Position numbers and translations under genes: made by a program | Notes under the pieces: model-generated | What the model saw: only the letters and a program-made list of their open reading frames with translations | Databases searched by the model: none | What the model was told of the DNA's origin: nothing | In this document: in pieces, positions 52,977-64,000 of the stretch | Layout of the letters: each line of letters begins with the position of its first letter | Numbering within the stretch: position 1 is the first letter of the stretch | DNA from: Octopus sinensis | Taxonomy: Eukaryota | Reading direction: 5' to 3' | NCBI RefSeq assembly: GCF_006345805.1 | Contig: NC_043003.1 | Span: forward strand, 72,106,001 to 72,170,000 | DNA: 64,000 nucleotides

Positions 52977-53832
52977 CGAGGTCTGATCAGTAAGTATCCA
53001 GACTGTTGCTATAGTAAAAGCGCTCAGAGTGAAGCCGTATGGCAAAAATTGACCTTGAACTCTGCTGTGCATGCACACTAAGTTTTAACGTTCTAGCTCA
53101 CTTCCGCTGTTTACAGCAGTGCTTGGTAGGAAGGTGTGGCGTGTAGCGTGTGATCGTCGCCTTGACTATGGCAGAGAAAGTTGTCATGGTGATATCTGCT
53201 CAGAGGCCTACACAAAGTTGCAGAAAGTGTATGGAGAGGAGTGTATGAGCCACACACAAGTGTACGAATGTTTCAGACGTTCTCAAGATGGCCGAAAAAT
53301 GTCGATATTGATGAACGTTCTGGGAAACCCGCAACCAACAGAACTGGGGAAAACATCGCAAATGTGCGTGCAGCTGTGAGGGGAAATCGTCGAATCACCA
53401 TCCGTGATTCATCAAAGGATGTGCAAATTGGTTACAGTTTTGAATTTGAGACGCGTGTCTGCCAAGTTTGTGCCCAAACTGCTTTCATCTGTCCAAGAAG
53501 ACATTCGGGTTTCACTGCACAAGATCTTCTTAACTGAGTCGACAACGATGAAAACTTTTTGAAAATTTTTTGTAGGCCTCTGAGCAGGTATCGGCTAAAC
53601 TTTTAGCAAGATTTGATGCAGATTCTCAGCTCAACTTTCTCTATCATGGTCAATGCGACAATCACACGCTACACACTTTCTTTCCAAGCACTGCTGTAAG
53701 AGCAGAAGCGTGTTAGCCCGTTAAAAGTTAGTGCGCATGCATAGCAGAGTTCAAGGTCGATTTGTATCAAATTTAGCGTGCTTTAGCTTCGTTACTATGG
53801 CAAAATTCCGGATACTTATTGATCAAACCACG
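52977..53832 (+). mobile_element. Internally rearranged mariner with inverted duplicated 5' end
   Basis: TIR CGAGGTCTGATCAGTAAGTATCC vs CGTGGTTTGATCAATAAGTATCC; transposase N-half (MSHTQVYE.F..F.DGR, RRITIR, RRVSAKFVPKLL); inverted arms 52977-53227 and 53555-53832. Confidence 0.9.
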
Positions 53833-53843
53833 TACATATAGTA

Positions 53844-54235
53844 GCGCAGGCGTGGCTGTGTTGTAAAAAGCTTGCTTCTCAACCACAAAGTTTCAGGTTC
53901 AGTCCTACTGCGTGGCACCTTGGTCAAGTGTCATCTACTATAGCCACGGGCCGACCAAAGCCTTGTGAGAGGATTTGGTAGACGGAAACTGAAAAAAGCC
54001 GTCGTATATGTATTTGTGTGTGTGTGTGTGTGTGTGTCTCTGTTTTCCTCTTCCATCGCTTAACAACCGATATTGGCGTGTTTACGTCCCGTAACTTAGT
54101 GGTCGGCAAAAGTGGCCGATAGAGTAAGTACTAGGCTTACACAGAATAAGTTCTGGGGTTGATTTGTTCGACTGATGGCAGTGCTCCAACATGGCCGCTG
54201 TCAAATGACTGAAACAAGGAAAAGAATAAAAAGAA
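53844..54235 (+). mobile_element. SINE family A
   Basis: Full-length homology. Confidence 0.85.
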
Positions 54236-54297
54236 TATATTTATGTGTACCATGTGCACAGACATGTATGTATACAGTGTATAAACATATATGTATA

Positions 54298-54428
54298 GGC
54301 GTGGCTGTGTGGTAAGGAGTTCGCTTTCCAACCACATGGTTCCAGTGTCTTCCACTAAAACCGCGAACCGACAAAATTCTTGTGAGTGAATTTGGTGAAC
54401 GGAAACTGAAAGAAGCCTGTGTGTGTGT

Positions 54429-54476
<48 letters not shown>

Positions 54477-54530
54477 GTGTGTGTGTGTAAGAGTGTTTCT
54501 TTGTGTCTATGTTTGTCCCTATCATTTATC
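54298..54530 (+). mobile_element. SINE family A, 5' part
   Basis: Head plus internal (TG)n, 3'-truncated. Confidence 0.7.
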
Positions 54531-55383
54531 ATCTTTACAATGTTCTATAAGTCAGCCTCGAAGCGGCAAATCACCTTTATCTGGGGAAGGCATTTTCGAA
54601 ATTTAAAGCCGAACCCACCTGCGAGAGTATTAGTCGATGGATTCTCGAAGAAAAAGGCCATCCAGTGCAAACATTTGGTGACACTCTCAGTAAAATTTCC
54701 TTAGTGGTATCTGGATCAAATAAAGTTCCCTTATTTGTAATTGACATCGTCCTCACCGCTGCTGCTGACTGTGTTAGTTGCGCTGTTGACAGTATACGAC
54801 CGTCCGTGAGATTTCATGTGCGTGTATTTGCGCGTGTGTATGGGTTCGCGCGGTGCCGACGATTGCAATAATAACAACAACAACTACCACGATGGCAACA
54901 CCGTAGACGAACACATATACACAGAAGAATACAGGAACTGTACCTCCCTTTTTTTTCCCTCGGGTCTTAGGACAGCAGCACAATGGGGTAACAGGTTGGA
55001 GCTGAGGGGAAGGCCACACTGCTGATATAAACTATGATACACACACATGCATATGCACACACACGCGCACGCACACAAGGACACAAACGCATGCGCACAT
55101 AAAGATACACATCTGAGAAAAACAGTGTGAAGTGGTCACAAATGTGTGACGAAAGATTTCCAGACAATGGACAGGCGCCAAAATAATAAAAATAATAAGA
55201 CAACAATAATAATCGAGTGACAAAAAAATAGTGCGCGTGTTTATTTGGCAAAATAAATAAATAAATAAAGTCCAACAATATATACCATACATACATACAT
55301 ACATACATACATACATTCATATATATAATATATATATATATATAACAGTTATCGCCAAGCTAATATGGCAGTCTCTCTCTCTA

Positions 55384-55414
<31 letters not shown>

Positions 55415-55619
55415 TTATATATATTATATACATATATATATATATATGCATATGTGGGTACAGGACATCAACACCAGTAAACAACATGAAATACGAAAAC
55501 AAATGAGTTAAATACGCAAACAGCGAGAGTCTGTTTTAATGTCTTATTAATTAACACATTTATTTATTATTTATTTAATATTGATATATATATATGTGTG
55601 TGTATGTGTGTGTGTACCA

Positions 55620-55780
55620 TGGGTTTCTTTCAGTTTCCGTCTACCAAATCCACTCAGGAAACTTTGGCCGGTCCGAGGCTATTGTAGGAAATACTTGTCC
55701 AAGTTGCCACGCATTAGGACTGAGCCCAGAACCATTTGGCTAGAAAGCAAGTTTCTTATCACTCAGCCATTTCTGCGCCT
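55620..55780 (-). mobile_element. SINE family A head fragment
   Basis: Reverse-complement match to the family A 5' third. Confidence 0.7.
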
Positions 55781-55794
55781 GCCCCTATATAAAT

Positions 55795-56107
55795 GTGGTA
55801 GTGGTTAGGGCATTCCGCTCACAATCGTAAGGTCATGAATTCAATTCCCGGCGACGCGTTGTGTCCTTGAGCAATACACTTTATTTTACGTTGCACCAGT
55901 CCACTCAGCTGACAAAAATGAGTTGTATCTGTATTTCGAAGAGCCAGCCTTGTCACACTGCGTATCACGCCGAATCTCCTTGACAACTGCGTTAAGGGTA
56001 CACGTGTCTCTGGAGTGCTCAGCCACTTGCACGTTAATTTCACGAGCAAGCTGTTCCGTTGATCCTATAAGCTGGGACCCTCGTCGTCATGACCGACGGA
56101 GTGCTCC
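55795..56107 (+). mobile_element. SINE family B, near full-length
   Basis: A-box TAGTGGTTAGG, B-box GAATTCAATTCCC, V/Meta-like core and CGTCGTC..ACCGACGGAGTGC end. Confidence 0.85.
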
Positions 56108-56311
56108 TATATATATATATATACATATACATATGCACAAATATATATACATATATATATTTATATACATATGCACATATATATATATATACATAGTACG
56201 TTTAAATATTTGTTGTGCAAGATTTTTTATGTGAAGTCGTGTGTTGAAACAGATATTGTTATATTTCGGAATGGTCATTTTGCCAGTTTAGCCAATAAAA
56301 ACACACGCTTG

Positions 56312-56478
56312 ACATTGTGTTTCCGTCCCCGTGACATAGTGGTTCGGCAAAAGAGTCCAATAGGATAAGTGCTACACTTAATAGAAATAAATCCTGGGGT
56401 CGATGTTTTCAACTAAAAGCGTGCTCCAGCATGGCCGCAGTCAACTGACTGAAACAAGAAAAATGAAATAATTAAAGA
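56312..56478 (+). mobile_element. SINE family A 3' fragment
   Basis: Family A tail. Confidence 0.7.
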
Positions 56479-56541
<63 letters not shown>

Positions 56542-56720
56542 AGAGAGAGAGAGAGAATGGTGTCGGGTGTAATTCCCTTAGTAAAAAAGTATGTGTAAGG
56601 GAGGGAAGTAGTTCTAGACGTGGTACAATTATATATATATATATATTCATATGTGACCGCGTGTGTATCGTTGGCGATTTTTTCCTCGTCTTCCCTTCCT
56701 TGGATCTTTCCTTTTGGTAT

Positions 56721-56755
56721 ATTTCTGACGAAGAGCTCCGCTCGAGACGTTAAAT
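56721..56755 (+). ncRNA. Minimal hammerhead-like motif within a short repeat at about 56650-56855
   Basis: ATTT-CTGACGA-a-GAG-ctccg-CTC-GAGA-CG-TT-AAAT; stem I ATTT/AAAT; GAAA mutated to GAGA. Confidence 0.55.
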
Positions 56756-57043
56756 CCTCCTTCTTTCTTTTCTTTCCTGAGCGTCCAATAACACTATACT
56801 TGTTCCACGCCCTCGCGTTGTTGTGTTTTCTCTTTGTGTTTTCATGTTTGGATTACTATATATATATATCATATATATATATATATATTATATATATATA
56901 TATATAGATTATGTATGTATGTATATATGTATGTATGTATGTATGTATATATGTATGTATGTATATTATATGTATGCATGTATGTATATATATATGTATG
57001 TATGTATGTATATATATATGATGTATGTATATATTTATGAATG

Positions 57044-57098
<55 letters not shown>

Positions 57099-57186
57099 AT
57101 ATATATCTATATATATATGTATATATATATACGTTTAAATATTTGTTGTGCAAGATTTTTTATGTGAAGTCGTGTGTTGAAACAGA

Positions 57187-57384
57187 TATTGTTATATTTC
57201 GGAATGGTCATATTGCCAGTTTAGCCAATAAAAACACACGCACTATATTTTGGTGTTATTTTGCTTCAGTGATATTTATTTTTTGCATTAATCTTAATCT
57301 TATTTCGGCCAATAACACCAATATATAGTGCGTGTGTTTTTATTGGCTAAACTGGCAATATGACCATTCCGAAATATAACAATA
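57187..57384. repeat. Fold-back inverted repeat, 74-bp arms with 1 mismatch
   Basis: 57187-57260 vs 57311-57384. Confidence 0.95.
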
Positions 57385-57698
57385 ATATATGTAGTATAGT
57401 ATGCGTATATATATATATATATGTATGTATAGTAAAGCAATATATATGTATGCATATATAGTATGTATATATATATGTATGTATATATGTATATATATAT
57501 GTATACATATATATATATGTATATATATAATATGTGTATATATATATATATGTATATATATATGTGTGTATATATATGCATGCATATATGTATGTATATG
57601 TATATATATATAGGCATATATATATATATATGTATATATGTATATATATGTATATATACATATGTATATATATACATGTACATATATATGTATATTAA

Positions 57699-57953
57699 CA
57701 AACGGTGAGGGCTGTTAAGCCAAGGCGATAGAAAAATTATTATGAACGCTAGGAAGACGAGAGAGTCAAGGAGGAAGAGTGAGAGAAAAGGAAAGGTGAA
57801 GAGGAGAGCTCTCGTCGCTGACACGTGACGAAAGAGAATCTATCTTTCTGCCCAAGACAACACGTGCTTTTACCTGTCTCCTCTCATAAGCTCGTCTTCC
57901 TAGCGTTCATAATAATTTTTCGATCATCTTGACTTAACGGCCCTCACCGTTTG
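57699..57953. repeat. Inverted repeat, 63-bp arms with 5 mismatches, spacer about 130 bp
   Basis: 57699-57761 vs 57891-57953. Confidence 0.9.
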
Positions 57954-58703
57954 TTTTTCTGTCTTTGTCTCACTGTCCTGTTCTGGTTACCACTTTCACC
58001 TTCCGCAGAAAATCTCAAATTATATTTAATTTGCTTTGCGAGAAGGACCGTTTCATCGAAGTTGCTTATTGTCCTTGCCCTCTAACGCTGAGTAGTAGAA
58101 ACAGAGACAACTGATGAAGGGGAATATTCTTTATGTTACATGTCTCGTTTCTCTGTTTGTTTTTATCGTTGTTCGAAAAATAAAGTTCGTTTTCTGTTTT
58201 TGTTTTTATGTTTTTGCTTGAAACATAGAATTGAAAATAGAATTAACTCATTATCCTCGAATGAAGAAATTTTTAATAAGCATAAAGACTATTAACAATC
58301 TAAAATTAACAATTATTTTTCCAATCATAACAACGGCTATATGGATATGAACTCCAATAAACACGCCACAACTTCTAAACACCATCAAGAATTGAAACGC
58401 TCTGGCACACAACTTAACTCTGTGAAGTATATTTGTAAAGATAACTCCACCATAAAAAAGGGAAAAAATTAATAACTATGGACCAAATAACGAACTTTTA
58501 CGAACCAGATTTCTACCAATACCTATATTTCAAATAAGACAAACAATCGTAATTTCACTGGCAGTCATTACAAGAAAGACATTAACATAACCGGATATAA
58601 TAACACGAAACAAAGTCTTTTCTCAAAAAATCTCTTATTTCTTCACATACTCTAAATCCATCACACAACTACATAACCAACTCTAATGATGTCCAATATT
58701 ATC

Positions 58704-58767
<64 letters not shown>

Positions 58768-59349
58768 CAACAACAATATCAATAATAATAAGAATAAGAA
58801 TATTAATAATATTAATAATAGCAATAATAAGAGAAAAACATTGTTAGTGATGGTGTTAATACGAGAGGTAAAAAGAAACCTATACCTTTCTTCCGAGCGG
58901 GTGATCCATCTAATAAAAGCCATCATACAAATAAGAAACACAATAATAACATAATTGGATTATATTTCCTTTTGCTAAACATTTGAAGTCTAATTTTATA
59001 AAGTCTATTCGTTCTCTTATTAAATCAAATTTTAGTAAATCTAAGTATGCTGGGATATCCAATATCAGAATGATTAGATTTGGCTTATCAGTTTCTTCTA
59101 ACATATTTAGGATTATTTCTTCCTTTAACAATAGCTAACTAAATATTTACTACAAGAATTTAACCCCCTCTAATACTTAGACTAACCCCTATTATTCAAA
59201 TAGCTCTGTATCTTCTACCAACGATTCCCATACTCACACAATCTCTTCCTCTATCAACACACATACCATAATAATACGCCTAATATTAGTAACACTTGTA
59301 ACTGTAGAAACCCTAACACCTGTGAGGTGAAAAGTAATTGTAAAATGAA

Positions 59350-59705
59350 AAAGTTGTATATAAAGCTACTATCACAACACGTGATCTCTCTAGGTTTCAT
59401 TATGTAGGTTTCACGCAGACTCCTCTTAAATTGCGTTTGAATAATCATAAATAAACATTTAATGATCCTCAGAAAGAAAGTAGCACTAGTTTATCCAAAA
59501 AGGTATGGCAACTTAAAAGAGACAACATAGATTTCTCAATTTCTTGCAATATTCTTTCTTCTGCCCCCTCTTATAGGATTAGAAATAGAACGTGCCTTTT
59601 ATGCCTTGAAGAGTCTTATATAATTATGAAAATGAACGGTTCTATCTTAAATTCGAGAGATGAAAGAGATTTCTTTTGTAAACAAATGTCCAAATTTTTT
59701 TTCAT
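59350..59705 (+). mobile_element. Penelope-like GIY-YIG endonuclease fragment
   Basis: One frame with one stop: KVVYKATIT..HYVGFTQTPLKLRLNNHK*..STSLSKKVWQLK..RTCLLCLEE..ILNSRDE. Confidence 0.7.
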
Positions 59706-60754
59706 TAACCTTAAATAGTCTTACTGATTAGCTCTTTGCCTTTTTCTTATTAGCTCTTATTACACTCTTAGGCTATGTGTATGAGTGTATTCTCTGTATG
59801 TGTATGTGTGAGTGTATGTACATTTTTTATATATATGTGTGTGTTACGTATGTATGTATATGTGTATGACTGTATATCCTTATGTGTTAAGTGTATACGT
59901 TTTTGCTATCACTTGTAATTTTTTGGATTTTTCTCCTTCATATATTCGTTTTTTGTTCCTACTCTTTTCTGATTGTCTCCCCTACCTCGGGCTAGTTTTT
60001 GAGTAAGGTAACTATTTTGAATTACACCGGTCAGTCTTGTCTGATCGATGTTTTTTCCTTCTTAAGTTCTCTTTGTTTATTTTCTCTGCATATATGTACA
60101 TTTTTACTTTAATATTGTAACTTTTTAAACATACTTTTGCCCATCACTTTTTAGCCTCGTGTAAAATATATATACATATATTTTATCGTTTTTCAATATT
60201 AATATGTATATGTATAACTCTCTATGTTTTTTTCTACTAGTCCAACTGTCACGTTATATTCTACTTTACACAAGTGGCCCTGTTTATTATACTTTGTCTT
60301 GACCTGTTACCATTTTTTAAAACATATCCGTTAGCTTTTCATTCTTATTTTTATGTTATAGTTTACCGCGAATATAGACGTGCATACACAAAAATATAAA
60401 CACGTTTTTAAGCACAACACACACGGAATTCAAGGAAACACTATCTTTCACCCGGCACTGTCATTCATGCAGTGCTCTCTCCCTTGTGTGAAGCTTCCTA
60501 TCTCGGACATGTGAGCATGCGCACAACAGCCAAACACCGCGTCGCTGGAACTGTGAAGTGCACAGTTCTATACGAGAATTTTCGTATTCTTTTCATAAAC
60601 TAGGCGATGGCTACTGACATTAAGCTTAAAGATTATATAATGTACAAGCATGAAGAAAGAATTAAAAAGAAAAGGACTCATTATATTGAATGTTATCGAT
60701 AGTATCGAGTGGAAATAGGGAGTGCTGCAGTTCCGCAGTGCCTATACACGACCT

Positions 60755-60840
60755 GCCACTGACTAAGACTTTGGTTTTTGCTAAGTTAACTCTACGGCCC
60801 ATCGATTCTAGACCTTGCTTCCATAGCTGGAACCTCTTCT
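60755..60840 (-). mobile_element. RTE-like RT fragment
   Basis: RFQLWKQGLESMGRRVNLAKTKVLVSG (post-YADD G-L-x-V-N-x-x-K-T-K motif). Confidence 0.5.
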
Positions 60841-60970
60841 TCGTGACTGAAGATTGAAGGCTTCGAATGTCCCGTCCGTGGTTTTTGTATCGTCTTCTAA
60901 ATGTTTTGCGTTCTTGTCCCAGTTTGTATTTTTTTACATACATATACATATACATATATATATATATATA

Positions 60971-61052
<82 letters not shown>

Positions 61053-61156
61053 CTGACGAAGGGCACGGGATGTGGAGGGTTTGGATTTAGCACTCGTCTT
61101 CATTCAGTACGACGGTCGTTTCGAGCTTTCTTGCAACTGTGTGTTATAGGTAAGAT

Positions 61157-61722
61157 ATTCTTTTCTGCTCTAGGCACAAGGCCCGAAATTTTGGGGAGGG
61201 AGCCAGTCGATTAGATCGACTACAGAACGCAACTGTTACTTAATTTATAGACCTCGAAAGGATGAAAGACAAAGCCGACCTCGGAGGATTTGAACTGAAC
61301 GTAAAGACAGACGAAATACCTATTTCTTTACTATCCACAAGAGGCTAAACACAGAGAGGACAAAAAAGGACAGACAAACGGATTCAGTCGATTATATCGA
61401 CCCCAGTGTGTAACTGGTACTTTATTTATCGACCCCGAAATAATGAAAGGCAAAGTCGACCTCGGCGGAATTTGAACTCAGAACGTAACGGCAGACGAAA
61501 TACTTATTTCTTTACTACCCACAAGGGGTTAAACACAGAGAGGACAGACAAACGGATTAAGTCGATTATATCGACCCCAGTGCGTAACTGGTACTTAATT
61601 TATCGACCCCGAAAGGATGAAAGGCAAAGTCGACCTCGGCGGAATTTGGACTCAGAACGTAACGACAGACGACACACGGCTACGCATTTCGCCCGGCGTG
61701 CTAACGTTTCTGCCAGCTCGCC
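61157..61722 (-). mobile_element. Head-to-tail trimer of SINE family C
   Basis: One headed unit (61500-61722) and two headless units, joined by TATTTCTTTACTA(C/T)CCACAAG.GG.TAAACACAGAGAGGACA spacers. Confidence 0.85.
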
Positions 61723-62759
61723 GACTTGTTATGGGTATTCTGCACCAAAATGTGTTGCATCAGCCTGTGCAGTTTATGTTACGTCAAGTACATGCATAAC
61801 AGACATCCCTCTAGGTATATTGGGTTCTACCAGGCATTTTCTTCATGCCCGCTGTATTTTGGTTATAACAGGCTAATGTATCCATGTATGTTTGTATGAA
61901 TTAAAAACAAAATGAGGGTGAAAAAATTGGATATTAATTTAATAACATCAATTTAACATCAGTGGTTTAGCGCATAAAAAACTGAGATTCAGGAAATATT
62001 ATTTCTCAAGAAAACAGTGAAACAATTGTAAGGGGTTAATCTATATTTTTGTTATTTTTCATTTGTCCTGCTCGCTTACGTTCATAGTGCGCTAAATTTT
62101 TCTTGAGGACAATTCTTAGTGGTTGAGACTCATGCGGATCTCTCTTTAGCGTAAGGGCGTCCACTTAGTGTTTTCTCTCTCATATTTATGTTTGTATGTG
62201 TGTATGTATGTAAGAAAGAGAGGGGGAAGAGATCAATAACGACTCAAGTAGCATTGAAAATAATTTAGTCCAATAAATACAGAACAATAACAATAACCAT
62301 TTAAAATGAGGGAAACAATACAACACCACAACATAAACAATGAAAAAAAACTATGTCAACAATAACAACAGCAACAACTTCAAGAGAGCAACGTGAATAA
62401 CAATAGCAGTAAAAACAACTACAACTGTAATAATAATAATAAGAGTAAAATCAAAACTATGTTAACAAAAATATCAGCCATATCACCCTACTATCAACCC
62501 CCTGTAACCGCTACCGCTCTCGCCACTACCACCCTTTCCGTGGTACGCTCCCACCCCACCAGGCCAGGAAAGGAATGTCACTTTAAGACTTGCAGAGCCC
62601 TCATACCACCTCATACACACACACACATACACGCACTTGTCACTATCACCCTGGCCAGGCTCTCCACCTGCTGTACCCATGCAAACTCTTTCACCGTTGA
62701 TATGGTCATCACAACCAGTACTCTCCCCTGTTCACCTTATAATGCCGTCACTTCTCACC

Positions 62760-63024
62760 ACCGCTAACACCAACATCGCACCACCACCACTACGACGACG
62801 ATCACCACCACCTTCTCCTGCATTACCTCCACCACCACCACCACCATCACCACCACCACCACTACTACTACTACAACCACTACTACTACTACTACTACTA
62901 CTAATAATAATAATAATAATAATAATATATCATTTCCACATCTTCCCACTACCGACGCTTTCACCAACGTCACCACTAACATCCCCACCAACAACAACAA
63001 CAACGACCCCCCACCAACACTTCC

Positions 63025-63056
<32 letters not shown>

Positions 63057-63300
63057 AAACATCACCAACACTACCGACCACTACAAACAACACCATTACC
63101 AATACGAAGAACTACTACAAATAATAACACCAACACCACCATCACCACCGAGACCTCCGCATCTCCGAACCACTAACACTTCAACCATCATAACCACCAC
63201 CACCACAACAACAACAACAACCACAACTACCAACATCAGCTCCAACCCCACCGCCTGTTCCACCACCACCACCACAACCATTATCATCAGCATCAACAAC
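62760..63300. repeat. Compound trinucleotide low-complexity tract (CAC/CAA/TAC/AAT)
   Basis: Directly visible; source of spurious poly-T/H/V ORFs. Confidence 0.9.
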
Positions 63301-63710
63301 CAGTTGAGAAATATCGCAGGCAGTTGTAAAAATACGGTTACAGTGATCTTTTGTTGACCTCTTTCTCTCCCAAACTGATGTGAATGGGTCCTGGATAATA
63401 TTGAAGGCTGCTGTAGCGAAAGAGAAGGTTTTCATGTGATAGATGCATTTGTAAGCTGTGAGCAAGTGTATGTATGTGTGTGTGTGTGTGTTTGTCTGTA
63501 TGTCTGTGTATCTGTGAGCCCTGTATTTTAGTAGTGAGATCTGTAATTGTATGTAATCTTAAGTAAATATAGTGTTAGTGTGTCTATACGTGTGAAATAT
63601 ATATATATATATATACACACATACATACATATGTATGAATGTATGTGTGTGTATATTATTAAATATATTAGAGGTGGATATTCAGTGTGATAGTACGCGT
63701 GTGCGTGTGG

Positions 63711-63762
<52 letters not shown>

Positions 63763-63886
63763 CACACATACATACATATGTATGAATGTATGTGTGTGTA
63801 TATTATTAATATATTAGAGGTGGATATTCAGTGTGATAGTACGCGTGTGCGTGTGGGAATATATATATATATATATATATATATAG

Positions 63887-63919
<33 letters not shown>

Positions 63920-64000
63920 CACACATACATACATGTGCACATGCTCACATATATACTCACACACTGAATATCCACCCTTAACATACATGCATATATTCGG

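Noticed and set aside
54552-54871. Open frame of about 105 codons and a candidate 92-bp minus-strand exon (ttgatccag..CAG/gtgggt)
   Set aside because: No homology recognised; such frames and splice-like sites are expected by chance.
59968-60035. Possible hammerhead after the 59.4 kb GIY-YIG fragment (CTGATTG...ACCGGTC); similar half-motifs at 28635 and 58110
   Set aside because: Core too degenerate or one half missing; stems cannot be assigned.
63300-63460. Possible host exon (minus-strand acceptor ttgctcacag; plus-strand donor TTT/gtaagc; two in-frame TGA suggesting selenocysteine)
   Set aside because: No recognisable protein, no matched strong splice pair and no SECIS identified; needs RNA-seq.

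Overview
Non-coding, AT-rich, microsatellite-dense animal genomic DNA. The SINE families and repeat landscape suggest a cephalopod, probably Octopus (inference, not verified). No host protein-coding exon, rRNA, true tRNA or CRISPR array could be supported, and most entries in the ORF track are microsatellite artefacts. The window is a layered transposon graveyard. It holds three tRNA-headed SINE families in many copies, a full-length decayed mariner, an IR/DR-type Tc1, a maT-like relic, a mariner-type MITE and a mariner with an inverted copy of its own 5' end. It also holds CR1, RTE (one with three C2H2 fingers) and R4/Dong LINE fragments, a tandem Helitron/Helentron-like pair and several Penelope-like elements (PLEs). 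The most notable signal is a PLE/hammerhead system. Two PLEs are bracketed by inverted pseudo-LTRs carrying hammerhead-ribozyme-like motifs, and one of those pseudo-LTRs begins with a tRNA-like Pol III A/B-box head. About ten hammerhead-like motifs from at least six sequence families show compensatory stem I pairing and palindromic stem III. There are also two cryptic degenerate tandem arrays (about 55-60 bp and 24/48 bp periods) and many fold-back inverted repeats. All coordinates were read by eye and may be off by a few bases.
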